The notes beneath the pieces were generated by a model. The model saw only the letters and a program-made list of their open reading frames with translations, made no database searches and was not told the DNA's origin. A stretch of 61,470 bases of DNA from the IMG/VR virus record IMGVR_UViG_3300037755_000302. One strand, 5' to 3'. The stretch's first letter is position 1; each line of letters starts with the position of its first letter. The position numbers and the translations under genes were made by a program. The DNA is from a virus. Shown piece after piece: positions 1 through 8,763 of this stretch.

Positions 1-86
1 AATGTGATCTCATCGGCCTGATAACCGAACGGGCGCTTACCCTTCCGTGGCCGCGACGCCCTGAGCGTCTCAGCCTCGAAATGGAC
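1..86. repeat. 86-bp terminal direct repeat, identical to 61385..61470 (circular-assembly overlap or terminal redundancy)
   Basis: aatgtgatctcatcgg...ctcgaaatggac occurs at both window ends with no mismatch seen. An ORF starting at 61357 reads through it and continues to 254. Confidence 0.9.
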
Positions 87-254
87 ATTACTGCCGCACA
101 CTGCAACGGGATGACGCTGAACTTGACGGCCCTGCTGAATGCCGACGACGCGAACTTTGCTCACGACATTGGCGGGATTGTCCAGCACATCAACCGGCAG
201 ACGGGCGAACTCGAAAACTGCTTCGTACCTCGTTACGCAGCGGCTAACAACTGA
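1..254 (+). CDS. hypothetical protein, C-terminal part (ORF starts at 61357 and wraps; 93 aa in total)
   Basis: In-frame continuation ...PERLSLEMD|ITAAHCNGMTLNL...PRYAAANN with TGA at 252-254. The ATG at 61357 is preceded by GGAGGA. Confidence 0.6.
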   Translation, partial: CDLIGLITERALTLPWPRRPERLSLEMDITAAHCNGMTLNLTALLNADDANFAHDIGGIVQHINRQTGELENCFVPRYAAANN

Positions 255-423
255 TCACCTCTCGGGACGGCCTTTACTGGTCGTTCCCTGAAGGCTTTCG
301 CGCTATTCAGGGAATATAGGTCCGCGCATTTCTATTCCCTCGGTCTAACGCCTGAGCCTGCAGCGTGGCGCAGGTGGTAAACTTCCCCTTTCTCAGCCAA
401 GGCGGCGGGAATCCTTGACGGGC

Positions 424-450
424 CAGTTGTCCGAAAATATCGGACAACTG
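424..450. promoter_or_regulatory. 27-bp perfect palindrome CAGTTGTCCGA-aaata-TCGGACAACTG, candidate protein-binding site
   Basis: The 11-bp arms are exact reverse complements with no flanking T-run. It lies in the 770-bp convergent gap 255-1026. Confidence 0.6.
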
Positions 451-1026
451 ATGCTGAATTCTGGCGGGCGAAATTGCGGCCTGCGTTGCCTCAAGACCCT
501 CTATCGCCATCACCACCATGTTCGCAAGGCACTGCTACTTGGTGGCCCGCCAGAAACTCTTCCTCAGTTGCGCCCGGATACCTTGAAACCATGTAGAGTC
601 TGTATCGATGGGCTCTCTACCCGGAAGAGCCACTCTACACGGACAACTGGGGAAACTTGAAAATGCAACCAGTCCTCCAAAGAGGCATTCGCGACGCTCC
701 ACATGCTTGGATCATGCCGGAATTCTCACCGCACGCCATGGAGCCTGAACTGGTTACTGGCCTAGCAATCCCGTATGGCCGATACAGGATTGAACCTCAA
801 ATCATCAAAGGATTCTAACCTAATCACGCATATGCGCAAGGGTTTAGCGGCATCGGCGAACGGACCATCCACAGGCTCATGTTTTTTGGAGTATGTCGGG
901 GAGGCATTCGGTTGCCGCGCTATGGCGCAAGACGCAATTATGACTATGAATTAACCCGTACACTGATAGCGGACAGGCGTCAAGCATAAAAATTGAAAAA
1001 AGTCAAGCGCCTGTGCATAACTCAAA

Positions 1027-2019
1027 TCATGCGCGCAGTAAATCGGCGATTTCTTCTGCGGCCTTCGACATCGAAAGCTTCACCCAGCGATGCCTTTCCG
1101 CCTGCCCATAGTGGACGGACAGTTGCATGCAGACATATTCCAGCAAACCCTTGAAACGCTCCATGCGCGTCTTCGGCTGGCGGTTCGGCCAGTATCTTTC
1201 GGCGACCTCATCGGGGTGTATCTCGTTATTCGAAACTTCGGCAATCCAGGCCAGGATGAAATGCAATCTCGCGTCAACGGCCTTGGTAGCGGCGTGCTTG
1301 CGCTTTTGAAATTCGATCTGGATTTCCTGTGGCAGCAGTTCCGGCACGCCAGCGGGCATGATGTGGCCGTACTTGGATATCATGCGCGGTGAGGCTTCAA
1401 GACTGAGATCATGATCGCGCTGGAAAGTTTCGGCTGCCGAGAATGTCGCCTTGTCGATAACGTCCTTGCGGTGCCACACTTCCAGAATGCCGATGAAGCG
1501 CTTGCGCTCAAGCCCGGTAGGCCTGCCATCCTCGAAGGTTTCCTTCTCCTTCCGCAACTGCTTGCCTGCCGCCTTGGCCTTGACGAAGCGTTCCGGCGTG
1601 GCGTCACCTATCGTGTATTTTGGGCCTTTGTGTTTCGGCTTTACAGCGAGTGGAGCCGCCTGCTTGCGGACGCTGACCTTGCGATCTTGCGCCCGGCCGA
1701 GTGACGTGAAGGATTCTTCGAAAATCTCCGTCAGTTGTACGATATTTTCGTATGTCTCAATGGCTTCTGCCGCTAGTGGTCCGGACGCAATTGTGCTATC
1801 GTCTATCTTACGATAGTTCCAGCCTTTTTCGTCTTCGCCGGCTGGATTGCTGTGCTCTTTTAAATAGTTGGCATAGTCCTCTTGGGGCACGATCCGGCCC
1901 TGCCCGAACTGCACCGTCGCCAGCGTCACCGGCGCTTTGCGCTTGCGGCCTGACGCCTGAGACTGGCGAAGGTAGGCCCTCAGATCGGCCTCGGATTTTT
2001 CCAATGCGTCTGCGCTCAT
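1027..2019 (-). CDS. hypothetical protein, 330 aa, last gene of the minus-strand early operon
   Basis: Long ORF whose start overlaps the upstream stop by 4 nt (2016-2019). No motif recognised. Confidence 0.7.
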   Translation of the reverse strand: MSADALEKSEADLRAYLRQSQASGRKRKAPVTLATVQFGQGRIVPQEDYANYLKEHSNPAGEDEKGWNYRKIDDSTIASGPLAAEAIETYENIVQLTEIFEESFTSLGRAQDRKVSVRKQAAPLAVKPKHKGPKYTIGDATPERFVKAKAAGKQLRKEKETFEDGRPTGLERKRFIGILEVWHRKDVIDKATFSAAETFQRDHDLSLEASPRMISKYGHIMPAGVPELLPQEIQIEFQKRKHAATKAVDARLHFILAWIAEVSNNEIHPDEVAERYWPNRQPKTRMERFKGLLEYVCMQLSVHYGQAERHRWVKLSMSKAAEEIADLLRA

Positions 2020-2291
2020 TCTGCGTCCTCGATTTCCTGCCGTATAGCCTCGGCAATATCAGCCGCCGCATGTGATCTTGACGAATATATGCAGCCGTCT
2101 ATTTCCAACTGTTGCGACATCGCGTGCGCCGCTTCAAGCTGGTAGACGTTGGTGATTTCAGATCGCCGCTTTGCGTTCAGGATCGGATCTGCCTTCACGG
2201 TGTCGCCTGCCATGCGCATGTTCTCATCTGCGTAGAGTTCCGCTATCTCGGCTGCTCGCTGTAGGCCTTCACGGTAAGTGCGGGCGGTCAT
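2016..2291 (-). CDS. hypothetical protein, 91 aa
   Basis: ATGA overlap with the upstream gene at 2288-2291. Same-strand packed operon. Confidence 0.65.
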   Translation of the reverse strand: MTARTYREGLQRAAEIAELYADENMRMAGDTVKADPILNAKRRSEITNVYQLEAAHAMSQQLEIDGCIYSSRSHAAADIAEAIRQEIEDAE

Positions 2292-2650
2292 GCATCGTTC
2301 TCATTTTGCGACTGATTGGGGCACGGCTCATCGATGTCGCCATTGCTGAGCACTTCGGCCCCGCAGGTAAATGCCCAGTACCCCCAACATGTGTTCATTC
2401 CCGGCGCACCGCAGTCAGGGCAATGGTTTATCCTCCAATCAACCAGCGTCTTGCCTTCGGGACGCCAGCCCTTGTTTGCTGCAATCTGAGCATCGGTGAT
2501 GGCGGTCACGAATTCTGGTGGCAATGCATCTACAGCATCCGCTTCGGCTCGCAGCGCTTCTGATCGTCTGCCGGTTTGATCGTCCATATTCCTCTCCCTC
2601 GCGTGCCTTGCGGCTTCCTTCAGTCCGGTTATGATCTTTGAGCGGGGCAT
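2288..2650 (-). CDS. hypothetical Cys-rich protein, 120 aa
   Basis: ORF containing HCPDCG...CWGYWAFTCG cysteine clusters, packed in the operon. Confidence 0.65.
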   Translation of the reverse strand: MPRSKIITGLKEAARHARERNMDDQTGRRSEALRAEADAVDALPPEFVTAITDAQIAANKGWRPEGKTLVDWRINHCPDCGAPGMNTCWGYWAFTCGAEVLSNGDIDEPCPNQSQNENDA

Positions 2651-2652
2651 GA

Positions 2653-3090
2653 CTACAGCCCCGCGATCTTCGGGCGCTTGCGGATGTTTGTCCCCGCGCC
2701 AATGCCGACAACTTCGCCGGTTTGCATCGCATCGCCGCGCGCCTTGCAGAGTGCGATATAATCAATATCTGCATAGACGTATTGCTGCGAAGCGAGTCCG
2801 CGAATGGTCGTTGAGGATTTACGTGGACGAACATCTCCGCTCATGGTGATCTGGCTGTAGCCAACCATCTGGCCGGCGACTGGATCTTCTTGGCCTGCAA
2901 CGGGATCGAACCACAGGTCGGTGACGATGATGTAATGGGGGATTCCCCTGTGCCAATTCGGCTTCGGTTTCAGCATCAGTTGATCGCCGACCTTGATGTT
3001 GGCGAAGCGCAAGGCGCGGGGAGATTTGCGGCGCTTACGCTGGGGAACTTCAACCCATCGCGTTCCATTACCGTCAACAATCCATGTCAT
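2653..3090 (-). CDS. hypothetical protein (145 aa from ATG 3090; the ORF track extends to TTG 3159)
   Basis: ATG at 3090 is preceded by GGAGGG. The longer form would start with TTG and overlap the upstream gene. Confidence 0.55.
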   Translation of the reverse strand: MTWIVDGNGTRWVEVPQRKRRKSPRALRFANIKVGDQLMLKPKPNWHRGIPHYIIVTDLWFDPVAGQEDPVAGQMVGYSQITMSGDVRPRKSSTTIRGLASQQYVYADIDYIALCKARGDAMQTGEVVGIGAGTNIRKRPKIAGL

Positions 3091-3149
3091 CGCGTTAAAA
3101 TCCCTCCGTATCGTGGCGTATAGGGGCGCTGTAGCCCCGAAGCTAGTCT

Positions 3150-3344
3150 TTAGGTCCAAGAGATAGCCCCGGAGGATCCCTTGGCCTCCTGAGGCTCGTG
3201 AGAGGCTTCCTCCCAGGCAATCAGATCCTCGACCATCAGCGTCCGCTTGAAATGGTCCAGCGCTATCTGTTTCGCCTCATCCTCACTGTCGGCCTTCAGC
3301 AAAACTTTGGCTTCGCATAACATCACCCGATAGTAGTTGCTCAT
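3150..3344 (-). CDS. hypothetical protein, 64 aa
   Basis: Small ORF in the operon, on the same strand as its neighbours. Confidence 0.5.
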   Translation of the reverse strand: MSNYYRVMLCEAKVLLKADSEDEAKQIALDHFKRTLMVEDLIAWEEASHEPQEAKGSSGAISWT

Positions 3345-3388
3345 TCCGCTTGCTCCTTCTCAGCCTTGATCATCGCTCGCTCATCGGC

Positions 3389-3655
3389 TCAGTCCTTCCT
3401 GTACCGAATGCTGGCGGCAAGCTCCCGCGCCGCGTTTTCCTCTGCCGTATGACCTCGCGAAGCCGCCGCGTAGGCGTCGCAGATTGCCCCGCATTCCTCC
3501 CGTTCCTCCAGCCTTTCAGCTGCAAAAGCGTCGGCTATGGCGGAGACGAGATCGCTCATGTCCAAACCAACGCCGGTGTTGTCGCCTACCCAAATGTCGA
3601 CTATGCCTTGGGCCTTCGCTTCGAAGACGTTCTCTGGGGTTTCGATGTCGGTCAT
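3389..3655 (-). CDS. hypothetical acidic protein, 88 aa
   Basis: ORF with protein-like composition, in the operon. Confidence 0.6.
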   Translation of the reverse strand: MTDIETPENVFEAKAQGIVDIWVGDNTGVGLDMSDLVSAIADAFAAERLEEREECGAICDAYAAASRGHTAEENAARELAASIRYRKD

Positions 3656-3737
3656 GATTGGCTCCTTGAACGAATGGCGGCGTCTTCGTCAGGCATCATG
3701 TTTTTGCGTGAATATTCACGCTCCCTTGTTGGTGAAC

Positions 3738-3965
3738 TCATGCTGCAATCCTCATGCGATAAGCTGAAAGATCGATGATCTCTTCGCCGCCGCCCGGATC
3801 ATCGTCGGGACCATCTTCGGGGTCAGGATCACCGTAACGCCAGCCTGACAAGATCAGCCACATGCAGGAAAGCGATTTAGTGGCAAACTCGTCGCCGTCC
3901 AGTGCCCGGCGCTCAAGCTCCTTGACGTGCTCGTAGTACAGTTCGGAGACGGATTTCTCATTCAC
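3738..3965 (-). CDS. hypothetical protein, 75 aa, acidic Pro/Asp-rich tail
   Basis: 4-nt overlap with the upstream gene (3962-3965). Confidence 0.6.
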   Translation of the reverse strand: MNEKSVSELYYEHVKELERRALDGDEFATKSLSCMWLILSGWRYGDPDPEDGPDDDPGGGEEIIDLSAYRMRIAA

Positions 3966-4237
3966 GGGTGCTGCCCTCCGTTCGTCTCGATCGTTCGCGC
4001 CACATACTCATGCTCAAGCCAGTTGATCGCCCCGAGCATTGCGTAGACATCCCCGTGCGTAGCGTGCCAGATGGCCATACGGCAGCCGTCAGCGGTGAAG
4101 CCGGTCCCGACGAAGGATTGCAGCCTTCCGGACTTCGCAAGCTCCAGCACGCTCTCAAGCGTCGCTATGAGGCTGTCTATCGGCTCGCCGAGTTCGGGAA
4201 CCTGCTGGTTGTTCAGGCGGATGATGTTCCCGGTCAT
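3962..4237 (-). CDS. hypothetical protein, 91 aa
   Basis: 4-nt overlaps on both sides, consistent with translational coupling. Confidence 0.65.
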   Translation of the reverse strand: MTGNIIRLNNQQVPELGEPIDSLIATLESVLELAKSGRLQSFVGTGFTADGCRMAIWHATHGDVYAMLGAINWLEHEYVARTIETNGGQHP

Positions 4238-4458
4238 CCCTCCCCCTTCAGCTTTTCGAGAAGCTGATCCTTGTGTTCGAAGATATATTCGATAAGCTCA
4301 ACCGCGGCCTCGTTGGCTTTGCCGGTAAGCTCATGGAACTTCGCAGCGCTCGCCGGATCTTCCGAATGCAGGTCGAAAATATCGACATCTTCACCGGCCT
4401 CAAAAGCGTTGCCTACGTGGAGCCAGAAATCGGCTTCAGGATCGTTGTCTTGGGTCAC
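4234..4458 (-). CDS. small strongly acidic protein (74 aa from GTG 4458)
   Basis: GTG at 4458 is 8 nt after GAGGGA. The longer ORF-track form (to 4632) would overlap the AAA+ gene. Sequence VTQDNDPEADFW...EDVDIFDLHSEDP. Confidence 0.5.
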   Translation of the reverse strand: MTQDNDPEADFWLHVGNAFEAGEDVDIFDLHSEDPASAAKFHELTGKANEAAVELIEYIFEHKDQLLEKLKGEG

Positions 4459-4504
4459 TTTCCATTTCCCTCTATGCGCAACTATCTGGCGCTCTATGCG
4501 CAAG

Positions 4505-5512
4505 TTAAGCGATCCTGCGGCCAAGCTGCGCCGCAAATCCCACCGCCGGCCGATCCGGCGCGTCAGCGCTCGTTGGTCTCCGGCTGTGCATGGCCTCAAG
4601 GCGCTCGGCAACTTCGGAAAGCGGCTGGCCAAAGCATTTGACCGCGATGATCATTTCCTTCAAATGGGCGATTGAGAAACCGTCACTGGCCTCAACCCAT
4701 TCGGAGAGTTGCGCCCCTTCAAGGCTCGGCTCTTTGGCTTTCAGGTAGACACTGCGAGCTTCTGCGCTCGGCATGCCGATGTAGCGGACTGTGTCGAAGC
4801 GTGACGGCCGGTCAACGAAGCGCTTGTCCAGCCGCTCCGGGTAGTTGGTCGAGGCGAGAAACACGATGTTATCCACTTGCGCTTCGCCGTCCAGCAATGC
4901 GAGATACTGGTTTTCGCCGAACCGCTCAATGAGCGCGTCCACGTCTTCCATAACGGCGATGATTGGACGCTTCGGCTCGATCTGGCGCACCATTTGCAGG
5001 CATACCGCCGCAAGATGCGGGTGCTCGACTAGCAGGACAATTCCGTTGTTGTGCTCGATCAATTCCTTGATCAGCAGTTGGATCGTCGATGTCTTGCCGG
5101 AGCCGGGCGGTCCCCAAAGCAGGAACCCGCGTTTCATCAGAAAACCGCGCTTGCGGAACTCGTCTTCCACTTCCCAAAACCGCTTGAATTCTGCTATGAT
5201 TTCGGCGCTGTCGTCATCGGGGAGCGTAAGCAGATTGTCGGTTTCAACCTGGATCCGATGGAGGATCGGCCCGACGTTCGGCGCTTCGCCGCAACGATAC
5301 AGACCGGCGGGAAGCTGGTCGTATGTCTGCGTTGCGCCCCAGAACGTATCATGGCTTGCAGCCCAGCGCTTCGCGCCAGTCGTCGGGGAGACCACGCGGT
5401 GCGGTTCCTCTGGCGGACACGGCATTGACTGCGCAGTCATTTCGACGCCTTGGCGACCACCATATTGCGGTGCAGACGTTCCGACTTTTTCGAAAAATTC
5501 CTGATTGCTCAT
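4505..5512 (-). CDS. classic-clade AAA+ ATPase
   Basis: Walker A GPPGSGKT, Walker B IIAVMEDVD and an SRH-like NYPERLDKRFVDRPSRFD. ATG 5512 follows GAGGAAG. Confidence 0.8.
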   Translation of the reverse strand: MSNQEFFEKVGTSAPQYGGRQGVEMTAQSMPCPPEEPHRVVSPTTGAKRWAASHDTFWGATQTYDQLPAGLYRCGEAPNVGPILHRIQVETDNLLTLPDDDSAEIIAEFKRFWEVEDEFRKRGFLMKRGFLLWGPPGSGKTSTIQLLIKELIEHNNGIVLLVEHPHLAAVCLQMVRQIEPKRPIIAVMEDVDALIERFGENQYLALLDGEAQVDNIVFLASTNYPERLDKRFVDRPSRFDTVRYIGMPSAEARSVYLKAKEPSLEGAQLSEWVEASDGFSIAHLKEMIIAVKCFGQPLSEVAERLEAMHSRRPTSADAPDRPAVGFAAQLGRRIA

Positions 5513-5736
5513 GCTTCCTCGCATTTGATTTTCCCTTCTCCCCGGAACCTGACCCCGCGCTGGTTGACCCCGCCGGTGTCCTTCCCGTAGAAAACCTCGT
5601 TAACCGCATTCCGGTGCTTCTCGACGATGCTCTCGTAAGTTTCACCGCGTTGCTCAAACCTGTTCATTCCCTGATTGAGGGCTTCGCAGATACGTTCCAT
5701 GATCTGATCTGGGGTGGCGGTGGCGTCGAGCGTCAT
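5509..5736 (-). CDS. hypothetical protein, 75 aa
   Basis: 4-nt overlaps with both neighbours. Confidence 0.6.
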   Translation of the reverse strand: MTLDATATPDQIMERICEALNQGMNRFEQRGETYESIVEKHRNAVNEVFYGKDTGGVNQRGVRFRGEGKIKCEEA

Positions 5737-5969
5737 GCCGCTTCGCCACGCGTCATGTATTTGGTTTGCAGGAGACGAGTGGCACGGTCATCGCGGTGTT
5801 TGAAATCGCCGCAACTGTCTCCGTCATAGGTGATCGGCCAGATTGCTTTCCTCACATCCGGGCCAGCCTTGGGGCCATGCAATCGGCACTCGCCCTGCCT
5901 TCCGTGCTCGTTCGCGGCCCTGATCCAATTCCACCACCTGCAGTTTTCACATTTATCACTCATGCTCAT
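5733..5969 (-). CDS. hypothetical Cys-rich protein, 78 aa
   Basis: ORF with CENCRWW...ECRLHG...SCGDF, in the operon. Confidence 0.6.
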   Translation of the reverse strand: MSMSDKCENCRWWNWIRAANEHGRQGECRLHGPKAGPDVRKAIWPITYDGDSCGDFKHRDDRATRLLQTKYMTRGEAA

Positions 5970-5972
5970 ACC

Positions 5973-7322
5973 TCACGCTGCCATGTCGCGGATGTAGTTG
6001 CTGCCCATGTCGGCAAAGAACTTCCGCGAAAATGTCGGGCCGTTCCGCGTCTTAAGTCCTATCACTTCAACTATTTTACGAAGTTTTTCCAAGTCCGCCA
6101 AACGATTTCGTTCTTTTTCCTCATCTTCGTACTCAGTTTTTTCAAGATAATACGCCTTGCGGTAAGCAGCTAAAACAGTATCGGCATCTTCTTCTATTTC
6201 ACCGCTATTACGAAGGTCCGACAATTCCGGTCGCCTGTTCTCGCGCTTTTCATTCTCGCGGTTGAGCTGGCACAGCCCAAGGACAGCGACATCAAGGCTT
6301 TTGGCGAGTGCCTTGAGCCCCTTCGTGATTTCGCCCAATTCCAGATGCCTCTGGCCTTTGTAAGCGCCTGACGCCTTTACAAATCCGATGTGGTCGACGC
6401 AGATCACGTCGAGCGTTTTGCCCCGCGTTTCGAGTTGGTCCTGATAGCGCCGGGCGCGAACGCCGATCTCGGTGACGGTCAGCCCGGCCTGGTCGTCGAC
6501 CAGCATCGGCAAGTCTGCGAGCGTGTCCTGCGCAGTCTGGATGCGGTCCAGCCCCCATGACGGCAGGTCGCCGCGGATGATATCCTTGTACGGAACCGGC
6601 ATTTGCTGGCTGAACAACGCATCGCTGATCAAACGTGCGGCAACTGCGGTCGACGGCATTTCCATCGAGAAAAGCATCGATGACACGCTCTTGCGCGCCG
6701 CTTGGCGCAGCATCGAAAGCGCAAGCGTCGTCTTGCCCATTCCGGGTCGACCGGCGAGAATGGTCATCTCGCCGCGCGAAAACCCGCCAATATCCTTGTT
6801 CAGGTCTGACAATCCCGTGTCGACGAGGTTCGTCACATCGCCGGATTGGAGCGTGTCGACCACGCGCTGTGTCAGTTCGCCAATCGTGGCGCTGGTTGGC
6901 TTGGTGTTGCGCAATGACGCGGAAATATCGTCGACCTCGCGAGCCACATCTTCGGCAAGATCAAGGACAGAAACCAGCGTCGACCCCGCCGTGTGCATTA
7001 CACCGCCGAGCATCACCATGCGCCGCCGGGCTGAATATTCCTTCAGGCTGCGCAGCTCGGCGCGCAACTGGTCGACCGGTCCGGCGAAGGCAAGCGTCTG
7101 CATCATCTCGGCATTGCCAACGCCAGCTTGCGCAAGCAGCGGTGTGATCGCAACGATGGACGGCGGCGTGTCGCTGGCCGCGGTCTTGCTGATCAGTTCG
7201 AACAGCGTCTTGCAAGTCGGATCTTCGAAGTCGTCGACGTTGAGCACATCAAGCGCATACGCCGCTTTCGGTTGCGTCAGCAGTGAGCCCAGAACTGACC
7301 GTTCGGCGTGAAGATTGTTCAT
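5973..7322 (-). CDS. dnaB: replicative DNA helicase, DnaB family
   Basis: N-terminal AERSVLGSLL, Walker A AGRPGMGKTTLAL, plus LCQLNRE and EIEEDAD helicase motifs. 449 aa. Confidence 0.9.
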   Translation of the reverse strand: MNNLHAERSVLGSLLTQPKAAYALDVLNVDDFEDPTCKTLFELISKTAASDTPPSIVAITPLLAQAGVGNAEMMQTLAFAGPVDQLRAELRSLKEYSARRRMVMLGGVMHTAGSTLVSVLDLAEDVAREVDDISASLRNTKPTSATIGELTQRVVDTLQSGDVTNLVDTGLSDLNKDIGGFSRGEMTILAGRPGMGKTTLALSMLRQAARKSVSSMLFSMEMPSTAVAARLISDALFSQQMPVPYKDIIRGDLPSWGLDRIQTAQDTLADLPMLVDDQAGLTVTEIGVRARRYQDQLETRGKTLDVICVDHIGFVKASGAYKGQRHLELGEITKGLKALAKSLDVAVLGLCQLNRENEKRENRRPELSDLRNSGEIEEDADTVLAAYRKAYYLEKTEYEDEEKERNRLADLEKLRKIVEVIGLKTRNGPTFSRKFFADMGSNYIRDMAA

Positions 7323-8278
7323 GCGTCCTCCCGCGGTCTCGGCATGAATTCGGGAACGTCGCTGTCCCGCGAACGCGTCGACGACGTTTCCGGCTCATCG
7401 TCGAACCGACCTTCGTGAAGCCAGGTCGACGGGTGCGGGCAGAAGTTTTCGTTCGGCCCGCGGATCTGGGCTTTCAGGGCTGGAAGCTGTTTTTTCAGGG
7501 CAACGTATGCCCGCCGCTTCTGGGCAAGATTGAGCTTGCGCCACGCCCTGAACGCCGCGGCCTTGCCGGTGCGGCGAGGATAGACCTTCCAGAATTCCTC
7601 GAAGTCGTACGGGTACTCGTCCGGGATGTCGTCCCGTTTGCGTTTTCGCTTTTCAGGCTCGTCCCCAGGGGGGACTATAGGGGGGTTATTTATTTTATTA
7701 TTTTCTATTCCTTTTACTGTCGTCCGGTTTGCCATATCTGGTTTTTCCGGTTGTGGTAAAGTTACAACATGCGGGTTTTCAGGACGTGGCAAAACTCCTT
7801 GATGAGCAACGGTTTCTTTAGCGTGCTCGTTTACAACATCCGGGTTTCCGGGTTGTTGTGCGTTTACAACAGACGGGTTTTCCGGACATGGTGTGAAGTT
7901 CGTTTCAATCGCGTAGATCTCTTCGGCGGCTGCCTTGATCAGCGCTTCCGGATCGTCGCTGACGTGGTAGACCTTCCGGCCAAGCTTGCCGTCATCCGTG
8001 CGCTGGCGATCCTGCGGCTGGATATAGCCGTATTCCTCGGCCTCCTTGATCATCCGGTAAACCTTGTCGCGGCCGGCTTTGCCAGATGCGATGATGCTCT
8101 GGACAGTCACTTCCCAATCGTCTGGGAGGCTGAGCAGACGCGCGACAAGCCCGCGGGTCTCGTCCGAGATGCGGCGGTCTTGCAGGAAGGCATTGCGCAG
8201 CTTCGTGTAGCCACGCTCGCCGTGTGCGCGGAATATGCAGCGGGAGGGGCTTGCGTTGTGTCCGATAGTTGCCAACAT
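7319..8278 (-). CDS. replication initiator (lambda O-like / DnaD-like winged-helix protein)
   Basis: N-terminal GYTKLRNAFLQD...LLSLPDDWEV wHTH-like region and C-terminal FEEFWKVYPRRTGKAAAFRAW. Sits immediately upstream of dnaB and contains iterons. Confidence 0.65.
   Translation of the reverse strand: MLATIGHNASPSRCIFRAHGERGYTKLRNAFLQDRRISDETRGLVARLLSLPDDWEVTVQSIIASGKAGRDKVYRMIKEAEEYGYIQPQDRQRTDDGKLGRKVYHVSDDPEALIKAAAEEIYAIETNFTPCPENPSVVNAQQPGNPDVVNEHAKETVAHQGVLPRPENPHVVTLPQPEKPDMANRTTVKGIENNKINNPPIVPPGDEPEKRKRKRDDIPDEYPYDFEEFWKVYPRRTGKAAAFRAWRKLNLAQKRRAYVALKKQLPALKAQIRGPNENFCPHPSTWLHEGRFDDEPETSSTRSRDSDVPEFMPRPREDA
7761..7887. repeat. three iteron-like repeats GTT(T)ACAACA-NN-CGGGTTT(T)C, candidate replication origin inside the initiator gene
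   Basis: Copies at 7761-7785, 7829-7852 and 7862-7887. They encode the repeated peptides ENPxVV(N/T). Confidence 0.55.
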
Positions 8279-8763
8279 CAGCGCGCTCCCTTCCTGCTAT
8301 TGCAGGGGCGGCAGAGCGTCTGATAGTTCGACAATTCAGATGCCCCGCCTTTCTTTTCAGAAAGGATGTGATCAACCGTTAAATCGTCAGGACTGCCGCA
8401 TTTTACGCAGGCGTAGCCATCCTTATCGAACACGGTTTCGCGATCTGAGGCGTCAATTACCGCCTTTATCAGAGGTCTCTTCCCGCCCCAGATGCGCTCA
8501 GTGACTTTTCCAAGTTTGAAATAGTCGTCGAAGCCAACCGTTCTGATAATGTCATCAGCCGCTCGGGAGTGGCGCTTGTAAGTCGATGGAGACACGCTAG
8601 CCAGCGCCATCTGATCTTCTGGGTGAAGACGCCCCTTACCCCCAGCCATAGCGTGGCGAATCCGTATCACTGCCAACAGCTTTACGGGAATTGGCGCTTG
8701 AATATCGAAAACGCGATTGAACACCTGATATGCGCTATTATGCCCCTGTCCCGGTGTGTTCAT
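8278..8763 (-). CDS. HNH endonuclease domain protein
   Basis: C-terminal CVKCGSPDDLTVDHILSEKKGG...NYQTLCRPCNSRKG. Confidence 0.8.
   Translation of the reverse strand: MNTPGQGHNSAYQVFNRVFDIQAPIPVKLLAVIRIRHAMAGGKGRLHPEDQMALASVSPSTYKRHSRAADDIIRTVGFDDYFKLGKVTERIWGGKRPLIKAVIDASDRETVFDKDGYACVKCGSPDDLTVDHILSEKKGGASELSNYQTLCRPCNSRKGAR

Noticed and set aside
415-660. An 81-aa plus-strand ORF and the overlapping 70-aa minus-strand ORF (307..519) in the convergent gap.
   Set aside because: They are mutually exclusive, lack clear RBSs (the plus-strand ORF starts with TTG) and cross the 27-bp palindrome. They are left unannotated pending comparative or expression evidence.
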